Positions 49,055 to 60,127 are shown, counted from the first letter of the stretch. The stretch: 64,000 bases of DNA from an uncultured Rhizobium sp. (GCA_964343955.1 CAYFKU010000006.1:6016-70015); one strand, 5' to 3'. The notes: generated by a model not told the origin, from the sequence alone. Numbers and translations are program-made.

Positions 49055-50299
49055 CTACCAGTTGGTGTAGCTCCCATCCGGGCGCTTGTTGATCTGGATC
49101 GCCTTGTACGGCTCCGACCAGTCACCGACCAGTTGCAGCTTGCTGGTGTCCAGCGTGATGCCCAGGCCCGGGCGCTCGTTCGGCCACAGCTTGCCATTCT
49201 TGAAGTCGTAAGCCTGGGGCAGATAGGGCCAGGGCTGGCGGCCGGCGCTGGTCATTTCCATCAGCGCGATGACGGATGTGGCGGTCAGGCAGTGGACAAG
49301 CGCGGTCTCGCCGATCGGGCCGGTGAAGTGCGGGATCAGGCCGCAATAATGCGTCTCGCACAGGGCGGCGATTTTCATGTATTCGGTGATGCCGCCGACA
49401 TTGGGCACCGTGCAGCGGGCGAAATCGATCAGATTCTGTTCGATCAGCGGGCTCATTTCCCACTTCACGCCATAGATCTCGCCCACCGCCACCGGCACGC
49501 GCAGGCGCGGGCGCAGGCTCTTGTAGATCTCGATATTCTCGCCCCGGATCAGGTCCTCGCAGAAGAAGGGCCGCAAGGGCTCCAGCGCGGTGGCCAGGGT
49601 GATGGCGTCCTGCGGGTCCATGGTGCCGTGGAAATCGATCGCCCAGGCGCCGTCCTTGCCGGCGCCGCGGCGGATGGCCTGGCAATCCTCGATGGTCTGC
49701 TCCACGGCGCGGAAACGATCGAACACCGCATTTTCGCGCACGCCGGTCCGATAGGCGCGGAAGCCTTCGGCGATGCAGGCGCGCGCCGCATCTTCCAGGG
49801 TCCCGCCCGGCGGGGTGGGATAGGAGGTGGCATAGCATTCCACATGGTCGCGGCTCTTGCCGCCCAGAAGCTGCCAGACCGGCACGCCCAGGGCCTTGCC
49901 CTTCATGTCCCAGAGCGCGACATCCAGCGCGCCGAGGGAATGGGTCTTTTCGCGGCCGGCGGGGTAGAAATAGCCGCGCTCCATCATCTGCCACAGATGC
50001 TCGATGCGGAACGGATCCTCGCCGATCAGCATGCCGGCGCACTGTTCCATGGTGGAGGGCTCGCCGCCTTCGCCGACGCCGATCAACCCACCTTGGGTTT
50101 CGATGACCACAATATTTGTGGACTGGTTGAAGGTCGGCTGGTGGATATTGGGACGACCCGCCGCGTCGGTCGGCGTTTTGTAATAACGAATGCGCTTGAT
50201 CTTGTCCTTGGGCAGTCCCAGGGCATAGGCATCCGGCGGCACCCAGGCTGCGGCGGCGGCAGTGCTGAGCAGGCCCTTCATCAAGGTGCGGCGATCCAT
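49055..50299 (-). CDS. Enolase-superfamily (mandelate racemase subgroup) acid-sugar dehydratase, DgoD-like, with Tat signal
   Basis: MDRRTLMKGL...AYA leader; DVALWDMKGKALGVPVWQLLGG; metal ligands in DFHG, CED, VGE; IPH; start ATG 50299. Confidence 0.85.
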   Translation of the reverse strand: MDRRTLMKGLLSTAAAAAWVPPDAYALGLPKDKIKRIRYYKTPTDAAGRPNIHQPTFNQSTNIVVIETQGGLIGVGEGGEPSTMEQCAGMLIGEDPFRIEHLWQMMERGYFYPAGREKTHSLGALDVALWDMKGKALGVPVWQLLGGKSRDHVECYATSYPTPPGGTLEDAARACIAEGFRAYRTGVRENAVFDRFRAVEQTIEDCQAIRRGAGKDGAWAIDFHGTMDPQDAITLATALEPLRPFFCEDLIRGENIEIYKSLRPRLRVPVAVGEIYGVKWEMSPLIEQNLIDFARCTVPNVGGITEYMKIAALCETHYCGLIPHFTGPIGETALVHCLTATSVIALMEMTSAGRQPWPYLPQAYDFKNGKLWPNERPGLGITLDTSKLQLVGDWSEPYKAIQINKRPDGSYTNW

Positions 50300-50432
50300 C
50301 TTTCCCTCCCGAATTTTCCGGCGAAATTTGCGCGGTTTCCACGCGCGTATCCCTTTTACCCTCTCGCATAAATCGGCGTGCGGAAAAAGCGCGAGGCGGG
50401 ATTTGTCATCCCGCGGCTTCTGACATAATCTG

Positions 50433-50644
50433 GCTTGCAAGTGGCCCCGCCAAAGGGAGCTGCGTCAGCGAAGGCGGCAACAAGACCGTCGGCTGGGGTC
50501 GAGGAAACAACAAAAATCAACACCTTATCGGCGCAAGATCGCAAAGCGCGCGGCGGACTTCGGTCGGCCCCGCTGGGGACAGGACAAGCGGGACGAACCC
50601 GCACTCGGATGCCGCGCTTCGAAAGGAGCGCGGCGTTCTTTTTT
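50433..50644 (+). ncRNA. Candidate structured sRNA or attenuating leader
   Basis: Extended -10 TGACATAAT (50421-50429), several hairpins including C-UUCG-G, and a strong terminator at the end; no family recognised. Confidence 0.35.
50609..50644 (+). terminator. Rho-independent terminator within the intergenic region
   Basis: GCCGCGCTTC-GAAA-GGAGCGCGGC followed by GTTCTTTTTT. Confidence 0.8.
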
Positions 50645-50765
50645 GAGCGTGGCGCCAGGTGCCGGTGCATGCCGCAGTGCAGCGAAACGCTTTTGTGTTT
50701 TTTTTCCGGCGCCTGTGCCGTAAAGAACTGCCACGCGTAAAGGGCGCTTTCAGGGAGTTTAAAGG

Positions 50766-52190
50766 ATGCGGGTTCTGAAATTTGGTGCCGCTGTGACGGC
50801 ATTGCTGGCCGCGGCTTCGCCGGCGCTTGCCGAAAGCACGGTGCTGAAGAATGTCACGGTGATCGACGGCACCGGCGCTCCCGCCAAGCCCAATTCGGCC
50901 ATTGTGATGACCGACGGCAAGATCGCCTATGTCGGCCCCGTTTCCGGCCTGAAGGCGCCGGCCGGCGCCAGGGAAGTGGACCTGTCCGGCAAATTCGTGA
51001 TGCCCGGCATCATCGATTCCCACATCCATGTCGGCATGATGAAGGATGTCACCCAGGACGAGAAATTCGAGACGCCGGAGAATGTCACGGCGGACCTGAA
51101 GATCTATGCCGCCTATGGCGTCACTGCCGTTCAGGTTCTGGGCACCGACAAGGACTTTGTGCTCGACATGCGCAACCAGCAGCGCAAGGGCCGCCCCAAC
51201 ATGGCGCGGCTGTTCAGCGCCGGCCGGGGCGTGGTCCAGAAAGGCGGCTATGGCGGCCTGTTGGGCGTGACCATACCGGTCTCCACGCCGGAAGAAGCCC
51301 GCAAGCTGGTCGCCGAGCAGGCCGCCAAGGGGGTGGATGTCATAAAGCTCTGGATGGATGACGAGCGCAAGACGATCCCGGTCAAGATGACCTATGCCGT
51401 TTCCAAGGCCGTCATCGACGAGGCGCACAAGCACAAGCTGCGCGTTATCGCGCATATCTTCTATCTCGCCGACGGCAAGGAATTGCTGCGCCAGGGCGTG
51501 GACGGCTTCGGCCACATGGTGCGCGATGTGCCGGTGGACCAGGAATTCCTCAACATGATGAAGGCAAAGGGCGCCTGGCAGGTGTCCGGCACCCTCAGCC
51601 GTGAAATGGCTTACAGCCTGGCCATCATGCCCTGGCTGCAGGATCCCTTCTTTACCCGCGGCGTCACGCCCGGCACGGTGACCGCGCTCAAGAGCCGCGA
51701 CCGCCAGAAGAATGTGATGCTGGGCTTTACCAAATTCCCGGGCCTGCCCTATCAGAAGCAGGTCTTTGCCGACATGGACCGCACCCTGTTCCAGGCGATG
51801 GAGAACTGGCAGGCGATGGTGAAGGCCGGCGTGAATGTCGGCATGGGCACGGACTCCGGTCCCAATGGCCGTTATCCCGGCTTCAATGCCCATGAGGAAA
51901 TGGCCATGCAGGTGCTGGCCGGCCGCACCCCGATGGAGGCGATCAAGTCCGCCACCAGCGACAATGCCCGCTGGCTGGGCGACAAGACCATCGGAAGCAT
52001 CGAGAATGGCAAGTGGGCCGACCTGGTGGTGCTGGAAAAGAACCCGCTGGACGATATCCGCAACACCCACATGATCGCCCAGGTCTATGTGGCGGGTAAC
52101 TCTGTGCCGACCATCTGGCAGACCTGCCGCGACCGGCCGGCCAATGCCTGCACCGGCAAGTCCACCGACGTGCCGCACATGCCTTATTGA
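50766..52190 (+). CDS. Exported amidohydrolase-superfamily protein
   Basis: Signal peptide (ALA-E); VMPGIIDSHIH, IKL, AHIF, GHMV, GTDSG, GKWADLVVL. Confidence 0.88.
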   Translation: MRVLKFGAAVTALLAAASPALAESTVLKNVTVIDGTGAPAKPNSAIVMTDGKIAYVGPVSGLKAPAGAREVDLSGKFVMPGIIDSHIHVGMMKDVTQDEKFETPENVTADLKIYAAYGVTAVQVLGTDKDFVLDMRNQQRKGRPNMARLFSAGRGVVQKGGYGGLLGVTIPVSTPEEARKLVAEQAAKGVDVIKLWMDDERKTIPVKMTYAVSKAVIDEAHKHKLRVIAHIFYLADGKELLRQGVDGFGHMVRDVPVDQEFLNMMKAKGAWQVSGTLSREMAYSLAIMPWLQDPFFTRGVTPGTVTALKSRDRQKNVMLGFTKFPGLPYQKQVFADMDRTLFQAMENWQAMVKAGVNVGMGTDSGPNGRYPGFNAHEEMAMQVLAGRTPMEAIKSATSDNARWLGDKTIGSIENGKWADLVVLEKNPLDDIRNTHMIAQVYVAGNSVPTIWQTCRDRPANACTGKSTDVPHMPY

Positions 52191-52290
52191 CCGGTCACGG
52201 AAACGCCGCTTTCGTGACGGGAGATAGACACCGCATATGAGCGCTGAGGGCGCGGGCTACAACCCGCGCCCCGGCGTTTTTGGGGGGACC

Positions 52291-53568
52291 ATGAACACTG
52301 CAAAGCCGACGCGCGTGCGCCACACCATCCTGGGGCTGGTGATCCTGGTCTATTTCATCACCTATCTGGACCGGGTGCTGCTCTCCAACGCATTGCCCGT
52401 GATCCAGAAGGAATTCGGATTCAGCCTCGTTACCCTGGGCCTGATCCAGAGCTGCTATCAATGGGCTTACGCGCTCTTCCAGATTCCGGGCGGCTGGTTC
52501 GGCGACCGTGCCGGTCCGCGCATCGCCATGGCCAGCGTCGTGGTCTGGTGGTCCATCTTCACCATCATCACCGGCTTTTCCGCTTCGGTCACCATGCTGA
52601 TGATCTGCCTGGCGCTGATCGGCTTCGGCGAGGCCGGCGCATTTCCGATTGCCAACCGCGCCCTGTCGCGCTGGATGCTGCCGAGCGAACGCGGTATCGC
52701 CCAGGGCGCGACCCATGCCGGCTCGCGCCTGGCCGGTGCCCTGACGCCGTTCCTGGTTGCCACGCTGATTGCCGCCTATAGCTGGCACGCGCCCTTCTTC
52801 CTGTTCGGTGCGATCGGCCTTGTCTGGGCGGCGGTCTGGGTCTGGTATTACCGCGACGTGCCCAGCGAGCATGGCGGCGTCAATGAGGGCGAGCGGCACA
52901 AGATCGTCTCCGCGCTGGGCCATGCCAAGGGGCGGCCGCCGATCCCGTGGAAGCTCATTTTGAGTTCGCGCCAGATGTGGACCGTGGCGGGCATGTATTT
53001 CTGCTACGGCTATGCCCTCAACATGTTCATCGCCTATTACCCCAAATATCTGGATGCGGCGCGCGGCTATTCGCTGAAGGAAATGGGCTTCTTCGCCAGC
53101 CTGCCCCTTGCGGCGGGCGTGGTGGGCGATATCTGCGGCGGCCTGTTCTCCGACATGATCATTCACAAGACCGGCCGCATCAAATTCGCCCGCCAGAGCG
53201 TGGCGATCGTGGGCTTCCTGATCGCCGCCATCTGCTGCCCCCTGGCCGTGTGGGAACCCGACCGCTATCTCAGCGCAGCCCTGTTCGGCCTGACGGTTTT
53301 TGGGCTGGAACTGGTTGTCGGCAATGCCTGGGCGGTGACACTGGATATCGGCGGCAGCTTCGCCGGCTCCTGCTCGGCGGTGATGAATACCGCCGGCAAT
53401 ATCGGAGGCGCCCTGATGGCGACGGTGACGGTTTTCATCGTCAGCGCCTATGGGTGGAACTCGGCTTTCTATGCCGTCTCGGCGCTTTCGATGCTGGGAG
53501 CCCTGCTCTTTACCCAGATCGACGCCGGGCGAAAGCTGGCGCCGGACACCACCAGCCCGGTCGTCTGA
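52291..53568 (+). CDS. MFS transporter, ACS family (DgoT/ExuT-like acid-sugar transporter)
   Basis: ITYLDR, QIPGGWFGDRAGPR, GEAGAFP, ERG.AQG, MNTAGNIGG. Confidence 0.85.
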   Translation: MNTAKPTRVRHTILGLVILVYFITYLDRVLLSNALPVIQKEFGFSLVTLGLIQSCYQWAYALFQIPGGWFGDRAGPRIAMASVVVWWSIFTIITGFSASVTMLMICLALIGFGEAGAFPIANRALSRWMLPSERGIAQGATHAGSRLAGALTPFLVATLIAAYSWHAPFFLFGAIGLVWAAVWVWYYRDVPSEHGGVNEGERHKIVSALGHAKGRPPIPWKLILSSRQMWTVAGMYFCYGYALNMFIAYYPKYLDAARGYSLKEMGFFASLPLAAGVVGDICGGLFSDMIIHKTGRIKFARQSVAIVGFLIAAICCPLAVWEPDRYLSAALFGLTVFGLELVVGNAWAVTLDIGGSFAGSCSAVMNTAGNIGGALMATVTVFIVSAYGWNSAFYAVSALSMLGALLFTQIDAGRKLAPDTTSPVV

Positions 53569-53586
53569 CCGCCCAGGGATCGCGCG

Positions 53587-53625
53587 AAAAGCCTGTTCCC
53601 AAAGGCATTTGGGACGGGCTTTTTT
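53587..53625 (+). terminator. Rho-independent terminator after the MFS gene
   Basis: GCCTGTTCCCAAA-GGCA-TTTGGGACGGGC followed by TTTTTT. Confidence 0.8.
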
Positions 53626-53667
53626 GCGGGTTCACTTTTTTGGGGAAATGGGTATGGTCCCGGCCCC

Positions 53668-54273
53668 ATGGAACCTTTCAAGACGCTCGAGGGCGTTGCC
53701 GCCCCCCTGAACATGATCAATGTCGACACCGACATGATCATCCCCAAGCAATATCTGAAGACCATCCATCGCACCGGGCTGGGCAAGGCCCTGTTCGACG
53801 AGATGCGCTACAATACCGATGGCAGCGAGAAGCCTGACTTTGTGCTGAACAAGCCGGCCTATCGCGGCGCCAGGATCCTGGTGGCGGGCGACAATTTCGG
53901 CTGCGGTTCTTCCCGCGAGCATGCGCCCTGGGCGCTGCTGGATTTCGGCATCCGCTGCATCATCGCGCCCAGCTTTGCCGACATTTTCTATGGCAACTGC
54001 TTCAAGAACGGCATCCTGCCGATCAAGCTGCCCCAGTCCGATGTGGACAAGCTGATGGACGATGCCGAGCGCGGCGCCAATGCCGTGATCTCGATCGACC
54101 TGGAGAAGCAGGAGATCAAGGGCCCGGATGGCGGCACGATCAAGTTCGAGGTCGATCCCTTCCGCAAGCAGTGCCTGCTGAACGGCTGGGACGATATCGG
54201 CCTGACCATGCGCACCGAAGACAAGATCGCGGCCTTCGAACAGCAGCAGCACATCCAGCAGCCCTGGATCTAG
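53668..54273 (+). CDS. leuD: 3-isopropylmalate dehydratase small subunit
   Basis: [36 protein letters not shown]. Confidence 0.97.
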   Translation: MEPFKTLEGVAAPLNMINVDTDMIIPKQYLKTIHRTGLGKALFDEMRYNTDGSEKPDFVLNKPAYRGARILVAGDNFGCGSSREHAPWALLDFGIRCIIAPSFADIFYGNCFKNGILPIKLPQSDVDKLMDDAERGANAVISIDLEKQEIKGPDGGTIKFEVDPFRKQCLLNGWDDIGLTMRTEDKIAAFEQQQHIQQPWI

Positions 54274-54322
54274 CCGCGCAGGCGCGAGCCGGAGCGGTCA
54301 AACAAATAAAGCGGATAAAATC

Positions 54323-55429
54323 ATGACGAACGAATATAAGCTCCTGCTGGTGCCAGGCGACGGCATCGGCCCCGAAGTGATGGACGCCACCATGCGGGTG
54401 GTGGGCTGGTTCGGCCAGAAGGGCCTGGCCTACAAGACCGAGGAAGCGCTTCTGGGCGGCGTCGCCATCGACACGGTTGGGCGCCCCGATCCGGATGAGA
54501 CTTTCGTTGCGGCCAATGCCGCCGATGCGGTGCTGATGGGTTCGGTGGGCGGTCCCAAATGGGACGGCCTGCCCTTCGCCCAGCGCGCCGAACGCGGCCT
54601 GCTGCGCATCCGCAAGGATATGGGCGTGTATGCGAATTTGCGTCCGGCGCTGTGCTTCGATGCCCTGAAGGATGCTTCGACCCTGAAGCCAGAGATCGTG
54701 TCTGGTCTCGACATCCTGATCGTGCGCGAGCTGATGGGCGGCGTCTATTTCGGCGAGCCGAAAGAGACAAAGGACCTGCCCGATGGCCAGAAGCGCGCCG
54801 TCGATACCGGCGTCTATACCACCAGCGAGATCCAGCGCGTTTGCCGCGTCGCCTTCGACATGGCGCGGCTGCGCGGCAACAAGGTGCACAGCGCCGAAAA
54901 GTCCAACGTGATGGTCACGGGCGTGCTCTGGAAGGAAGTGATCACCGAGCTGCACAAGCGCGAATATGCCGATGTCGAGCTGCATCACATCCTGGCCGAC
55001 AATGCCGCCATGCAGCTGGTGCGCAATCCCAAACAGTTCGACGTGCTGGTGACCGACAATCTGTTCGGCGACGTGCTTTCGGACGAAGCCGCCCAGCTCA
55101 CCGGCTCGATCGGCATGTTGCCGTCGGCTTCGCTGGGCGACAAGAAGGCCAACGGCCTGCCGTCGGCGCTGTATGAGCCGATCCATGGCTCGGCGCCCGA
55201 CATCGCGGGCAAGGGCCTGGCCAATCCCATCGCCTCCATCCTCTCCTTCGCCATGTGCCTGCGCTATTCCTTCGGCCTGAAGGACGAGGCGGCGCGGCTG
55301 GAAAAGGCGGTCGATACCGTGCTGGCGGAAGGCTATCGCACGGGCGACATCATGCAGCCCGGCATGACCAAGGTCGGCACCACCCAGATGACCGACGCGA
55401 TCATGAAGGCGCTGGACAAGTCGAAGTAA
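54323..55429 (+). CDS. leuB: 3-isopropylmalate dehydrogenase
   Basis: [43 protein letters not shown]. Confidence 0.97.
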   Translation: MTNEYKLLLVPGDGIGPEVMDATMRVVGWFGQKGLAYKTEEALLGGVAIDTVGRPDPDETFVAANAADAVLMGSVGGPKWDGLPFAQRAERGLLRIRKDMGVYANLRPALCFDALKDASTLKPEIVSGLDILIVRELMGGVYFGEPKETKDLPDGQKRAVDTGVYTTSEIQRVCRVAFDMARLRGNKVHSAEKSNVMVTGVLWKEVITELHKREYADVELHHILADNAAMQLVRNPKQFDVLVTDNLFGDVLSDEAAQLTGSIGMLPSASLGDKKANGLPSALYEPIHGSAPDIAGKGLANPIASILSFAMCLRYSFGLKDEAARLEKAVDTVLAEGYRTGDIMQPGMTKVGTTQMTDAIMKALDKSK

Positions 55430-55447
55430 CGCTTCGCTACATCGAAT

Positions 55448-55474
55448 AAAAAAGGCCCCTTGCGGGGCCTTTTT
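55448..55474. terminator. Bidirectional Rho-independent terminator between leuB and glcB
   Basis: AAAAAA-GGCCCC-TTGC-GGGGCC-TTTTT. Confidence 0.88.
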
Positions 55475-55476
55475 CT

Positions 55477-57612
55477 TTAGTCCTGCTTGAGGTCTCTTCG
55501 CGCCTGATGCAGCAGCGGTTCGGTGTAGCCGCTGGGCTGTTCCTTGCCCTTGAACACCAGATCGCAGGCCGCCTTGAAGGCGATGCCGTCATAGCCTGGC
55601 GCCATCGGCTTATAGAGCGGATCGCCGGCATTCTGCTGGTCCACCACCTTAGCCATGCGCTTGAGGGTCTCGTTCACCTGCGCCGGCGTGGTGATGCCAT
55701 GTTCCAGCCAGTTGGCGATGTGTTGGCTGGAAATGCGCAAGGTGGCGCGGTCTTCCATCAGGCCGACATTGTGAATGTCCGGCACCTTGGAGCAGCCCAC
55801 GCCCTGATCGATCCAGCGCACGACGTAACCCAGGATGCCTTGCGCATTGTTGTCCAGCTCCTGCTGCACTTCCTCCGGGCTCCAGTTGGGCCGGTCGGCC
55901 AGCGGAATGGTGAGAATGTCCGACAGCTTGGCGCGCGGCCGCGATTTCAATTCGTCCTGCCGCTGCTTCACGCTGACCTGGTGATAGTGCAGGGCGTGCA
56001 GGGTGGCGGCGGTGGGTGAGGGAACCCAGGCGCAGGAAGCGCCGGCCATGGGATGGCCGATCTTGGCCTTCAGCATGTCGGCCATCCTGTCGGGCATGGC
56101 CCACATGCCCTTGCCGATCTGGGCCTTGCCCTGGAAGCCGCAGGCCAGGCCGATATCGACATTCTGGTCTTCGTAGGCGGACAGCCATTTGCTGGTCTTC
56201 ATCTCGCTCTTGCGCACCATCGGGCCGGCATACATCGAAGTGTGCATCTCATCGCCGGTACGGTCCAGGAAGCCGGTATTGATGAAGACGATGCGATCCC
56301 TGGCGGCGCGGATACATTCCTTGAGGTTGGTCGTGGTGCGCCGTTCCTCGTCCATCACCCCGATCTTGAGGGTGTTGCGCGCCACGCCCAGAATATCCTC
56401 GATGCCGTCGAACAGGCTGTTGGCGAAACCGACTTCCCTGGGCCCATGCATCTTGGGCTTGACGATATAGATGCTGCCCTTGCGGCTGTTGCGGCGCTTG
56501 CCCTTGATGTCGTGAAGGGAGATGAGGCTGGTTATGACACCGTCCATCAGGCCCTCGCCGATCTCGCTGCCATCCGGCAGCAGGATGGCATCGCTGGTCA
56601 TCAGATGGCCGACATTGCGGATGAAGAGCAGGCTGCGGCCGGGCAGGGTGAAGCTTGTGCCGTCGGGCGCGGTATAGCCGCGGTCCGGATTGGCGCGGCG
56701 CTCCATCATCTTGCCGCCCTTTTCGAAGGTGGCGGTCAGCGTGTCATTGAGCAGGCCCAGCCAGTTGCGATAGGCGCCCACTTTGTCTTCGGCATCGACG
56801 GCGGCGATGGAATCCTCGCAATCCATGATGGTGGTGATGGCCGATTCCAGCACCACATCGCTGATGCCGCACCGGTCCGTTTTGCCGATGGGGTGGGTCT
56901 TGTCGAACTGGACCTCGATATGCAGGCCGTTATGGGCCAGCAGGATCGCCGATGGCGCCTTTGGGTCGCCCACGACGCCCTTGAACTGGGCCGGGTCCTT
57001 GAGCGCCGGCACCAGCCGGCCATTTTCGATGGCGATACCGTCGATGTCCGCCCATGAGGTTCCCGCCAGCGGCGCGGCGCGGTCCAAAAGGTCGCGGGCG
57101 AAGGCGATCACCTTTTCGCCGCGCTTCTGGTTATAGCCTTTGCCCGCCGCCAGCTCGCCGTCCTGCGGGATGGCATCGGTGCCATAGGCGGCGTCATAAA
57201 GACTGCCCCAGCGGGCATTGACCGCATTCAGGGCGAAGCGGGCGTTGGTCAGCGGCACCACCAATTGCGGGCCCGCGATGGTCGCGATCTCGGGATCGAC
57301 ATTCTGCGTGCCGATCTGGAAGTCGTCTCCCTCCGGCACCAGATAGCCGATCTCTTTCAGGAATGCGGTATAGGCGGCCTGATCTATGGGCCTGGCCGGG
57401 TTTGCCTTGTGCCAGGCGTCGATGGCGGCCTGCAGACGGTCGCGTTCGGCCAGCAAGGCCCGGTTCTCCGGCATCAGCCTGGTGGCCAGGGCGGCGAAGC
57501 CCACCCAGAATTTGTCTGCTTCCACGCCGGTGCCCGGCAGGGCTTCGTTCATCACAAAGTCGTGCAGCACCCGCGCCACTTGCAGACCATGAACCGTAAT
57601 TCTTTCCACCAT
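55477..57612 (-). CDS. glcB: Malate synthase G
   Basis: [18 protein letters not shown]-type motif, [42 protein letters not shown]. Confidence 0.97.
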   Translation of the reverse strand: MVERITVHGLQVARVLHDFVMNEALPGTGVEADKFWVGFAALATRLMPENRALLAERDRLQAAIDAWHKANPARPIDQAAYTAFLKEIGYLVPEGDDFQIGTQNVDPEIATIAGPQLVVPLTNARFALNAVNARWGSLYDAAYGTDAIPQDGELAAGKGYNQKRGEKVIAFARDLLDRAAPLAGTSWADIDGIAIENGRLVPALKDPAQFKGVVGDPKAPSAILLAHNGLHIEVQFDKTHPIGKTDRCGISDVVLESAITTIMDCEDSIAAVDAEDKVGAYRNWLGLLNDTLTATFEKGGKMMERRANPDRGYTAPDGTSFTLPGRSLLFIRNVGHLMTSDAILLPDGSEIGEGLMDGVITSLISLHDIKGKRRNSRKGSIYIVKPKMHGPREVGFANSLFDGIEDILGVARNTLKIGVMDEERRTTTNLKECIRAARDRIVFINTGFLDRTGDEMHTSMYAGPMVRKSEMKTSKWLSAYEDQNVDIGLACGFQGKAQIGKGMWAMPDRMADMLKAKIGHPMAGASCAWVPSPTAATLHALHYHQVSVKQRQDELKSRPRAKLSDILTIPLADRPNWSPEEVQQELDNNAQGILGYVVRWIDQGVGCSKVPDIHNVGLMEDRATLRISSQHIANWLEHGITTPAQVNETLKRMAKVVDQQNAGDPLYKPMAPGYDGIAFKAACDLVFKGKEQPSGYTEPLLHQARRDLKQD

Positions 57613-57688
57613 GACGCTCTTCTTTGTGAGGAATTTGAGAGGGAGCGGAAGATTAAGACGGCCCCTTGCAAACGGAAAGGCCCAAACG

Positions 57689-57717
57689 AAAAGGCCGGAC
57701 CCAGCGGGCCCGGCCTT
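57689..57717 (-). terminator. Terminator-like hairpin between the permease and glcB
   Basis: AAGGCCGG...CCGGCCTT stem followed by TT on the minus strand. Confidence 0.5.
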
Positions 57718-57742
57718 GGTTCGGTGGCTTTTGTCGGCCCCG

Positions 57743-59353
57743 TCAGCTTGGGATCATCCAGGGCCAGACATGCTGCTGCAGGAACACCAGGATGCCCAGC
57801 AGCACGGTGAAGATGATGGAATGCATGAAGGTGCGCCGGAAGATCACGGACTCATGGCCCTTCAGCTCGCTCACCGCCACGCCGGTGGCGATATTCTGCG
57901 GCGAGATCATCTTGGCGAACACGCCGCCCGACGAGTTGGTGGCGGCCATCAGCACCGGGCTCAGGGGCGGAACGGCCTGGTTGGCGGCCACGACCTGGAG
58001 GTTGCCGAACAGGGCATTGCCGGAGGAATCGCTGCCCGACAGGAACACCGCGACCCAGCCCAGGAAGGCCGAGAGCAGCGGGAACAGCGGACCCGCCGAC
58101 GCAACGGCCTTGCCCAGCGTGTAGGTCATGCCGGAATAGTTGGCCAGATAGGCCAGACCCACGATGGCGGTCACGGTCAGGGTCGGCAGCATGATCTGCT
58201 TCCAGGCCGTACCGATCGCCTGGAAGAATTTCGAGATGCCGACGCCGGTGACCAGGGCGGTCAGGATGGCGGTCACCAGAATGGCGGTTCCGGTGGCCAG
58301 CGGCTGAAAGCTCCAGACCGCCGCATAGGGCTTGCCATAGAGCGTGATGAAGACCTGGTTGTGCAGGCCCGGCCACTGGATCGCCTGCTGGCCCCATGTG
58401 GCGACCTTGAAATGGGTCCAGGGGATGACCACGGCGCACATGACCAGCCAGGGCAGCCAGCCCTGCCACAGCGGCACCCTGGCATGGGCCGAGTTGGGGT
58501 CTTCGACCGGCTTCACCAGCGCATATTCGGCGCTATAGGCGGGCTGCCAGACCTTCAGGAACAGCACCGTGCAGATCAGGGACGAACCGGCCGAAATGAC
58601 GTCGGTGAGCTGATAACCCAGATAGTTCGAAGCCAGAAACTGGCCGGTGGCGAAGGCGCCGCCGGCGACCAGCAGCACCGGGAACAGGGCGCGCACCGAC
58701 TTCATGCCGCCGAACATGGCCATGACATAGAAAGGCAGCAGCAGGGCGAAGAAGGGAAGCTGCCGTCCGACCATGGCGCCCAGGGTGGAATCGGGCAGGC
58801 CGGTGACGCCGGCCAGGGTGGTGATCGGAATGCCCAGCGAGCCGAAGGCCACCGGGGCGGTATTGAAGATCAGCGCATAGACCACCGCGTCCAGCGCCTT
58901 GAATCCCAGCATGATCAAAAGCGAGGCAGTGATCGCGACCGGGGCGCCGAAGCCGGACACGCCTTCGAGCAGCGAGCCGAAGCCATAGCCGATGACGATC
59001 AGCACGATGCGGCGGTCGTTGGGCAGGTGCGCCAGCACCCAGCGGCGGAAGGCGTCGAACCGCCCCGACAGGACGGCGGTGTTGTAGAGGATCAGCGCGG
59101 CGAACACGATCCACATGATCGGCCACAGGGCGAAGGCGACGCCCGCGGCGGTGGCGTCCAGCGCCAGGCCCACCGGCATCTGCCAGACCCCGATGGCGAC
59201 GATCAGGCCGGAGGCGAGGCCGGCCAGCGATGCCTGCCAGGCCGGGCGCTGCAATACGCCCAGCATGACCAACACGACCACGATCGGTATGGCCGCGACC
59301 AGGAAGGACAGGCCCAGACTGTCGGCCACGGGTGTCAGCAATTGATTGAACAT
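57743..59353 (-). CDS. L-lactate/glycolate permease (LctP/GlcA family)
   Basis: [38 protein letters not shown]; start ATG 59353. Confidence 0.93.
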   Translation of the reverse strand: MFNQLLTPVADSLGLSFLVAAIPIVVVLVMLGVLQRPAWQASLAGLASGLIVAIGVWQMPVGLALDATAAGVAFALWPIMWIVFAALILYNTAVLSGRFDAFRRWVLAHLPNDRRIVLIVIGYGFGSLLEGVSGFGAPVAITASLLIMLGFKALDAVVYALIFNTAPVAFGSLGIPITTLAGVTGLPDSTLGAMVGRQLPFFALLLPFYVMAMFGGMKSVRALFPVLLVAGGAFATGQFLASNYLGYQLTDVISAGSSLICTVLFLKVWQPAYSAEYALVKPVEDPNSAHARVPLWQGWLPWLVMCAVVIPWTHFKVATWGQQAIQWPGLHNQVFITLYGKPYAAVWSFQPLATGTAILVTAILTALVTGVGISKFFQAIGTAWKQIMLPTLTVTAIVGLAYLANYSGMTYTLGKAVASAGPLFPLLSAFLGWVAVFLSGSDSSGNALFGNLQVVAANQAVPPLSPVLMAATNSSGGVFAKMISPQNIATGVAVSELKGHESVIFRRTFMHSIIFTVLLGILVFLQQHVWPWMIPS

Positions 59354-59608
59354 CTTGGTCCCTCCGTCTTTGGCGCGCGCGCCAGTCCCCATGCCTGCCG
59401 GCGCGCATCGTGCGGCGCGCCGGTTCGAGGTTTTGTGAATGTGGCTTTCACGGGAAGAACGCGGCTCGCCGTCGCGATCCGGCTCGGGATGCCCCGCTAA
59501 ACCCCCTCAGATCCCCGCTTTCTTGGGAAGCGTTAAATCAAAAAAAACCGTTTCGGCCAAGGCATTTAAAAGCTGCACTGCACCATTTGGCGCCGCGTAA
59601 AAGCCCTG

Positions 59609-59971
59609 TCAGGCGTTCCAGGTCGAGGCGACGTGATCGGGGTCATCCTGCGAGCTGCGCTCGGCCATCAGGAAGGTGTAATAGCCGCAACCGCCGCCGG
59701 GATATTCCCGGCAGATGGTGGGACGGGCTGTATAGATGGTGCAGCGGCGCTTTTCGGTATCGAAAAACTGGCAGATCTTGCCGAAATGCTTATCGGCCTT
59801 GCGGCGCATGGCATATTTGGCTTCCGGGTCCACCTTGGTGAACTTCTTGCGGGCGGTCTCGAAATCCAGCCCGAAATGGCGGGCCAGCCGCTCGACATCC
59901 CGCTTGGTGAGCTGGATCAGCGGATAGGAGCAGCAATAGCCCGGACACTTGGCGCAATTGTATGTTGGCAC
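59609..59971 (-). CDS. YkgJ family cysteine-cluster protein
   Basis: CxxCxxxCC, C.FFD....RCTIY..RP..CR.YP; GTG start approximate. Confidence 0.85.
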   Translation of the reverse strand: MPTYNCAKCPGYCCSYPLIQLTKRDVERLARHFGLDFETARKKFTKVDPEAKYAMRRKADKHFGKICQFFDTEKRRCTIYTARPTICREYPGGGCGYYTFLMAERSSQDDPDHVASTWNA

Positions 59972-60127
59972 GTGACAACCCGGTTCAAATCGATACGGCC
60001 AAGGACTTAGCATGAACGCGTTAGGCCGCCACGCTGGTCCGGCAGAGGGCGACGCCGTGACGCGCCGCCGCGCATTCACCCCGGTCTTGTCCTAGAATTG
60101 CCCCCATCATCGCGGTATCAAAAGCCA

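Noticed and set aside
50451-50490. Resemblance of AAAGGGAGC...CAAGACC to the yybP-ykoY Mn riboswitch, and multiple GGA motifs suggesting a CsrB-like RNA
   Set aside because: The core GGGGAGUAGC and L3 motifs are not matched, the downstream genes do not fit, and CsrA is largely absent from alphaproteobacteria; the RNA is left unassigned
59609-59971. YkgJ protein as a FliB-type flagellin methylase for the orphan flagellin
   Set aside because: 34 kb away from the flagellin, much shorter than FliB, and the family is functionally diverse
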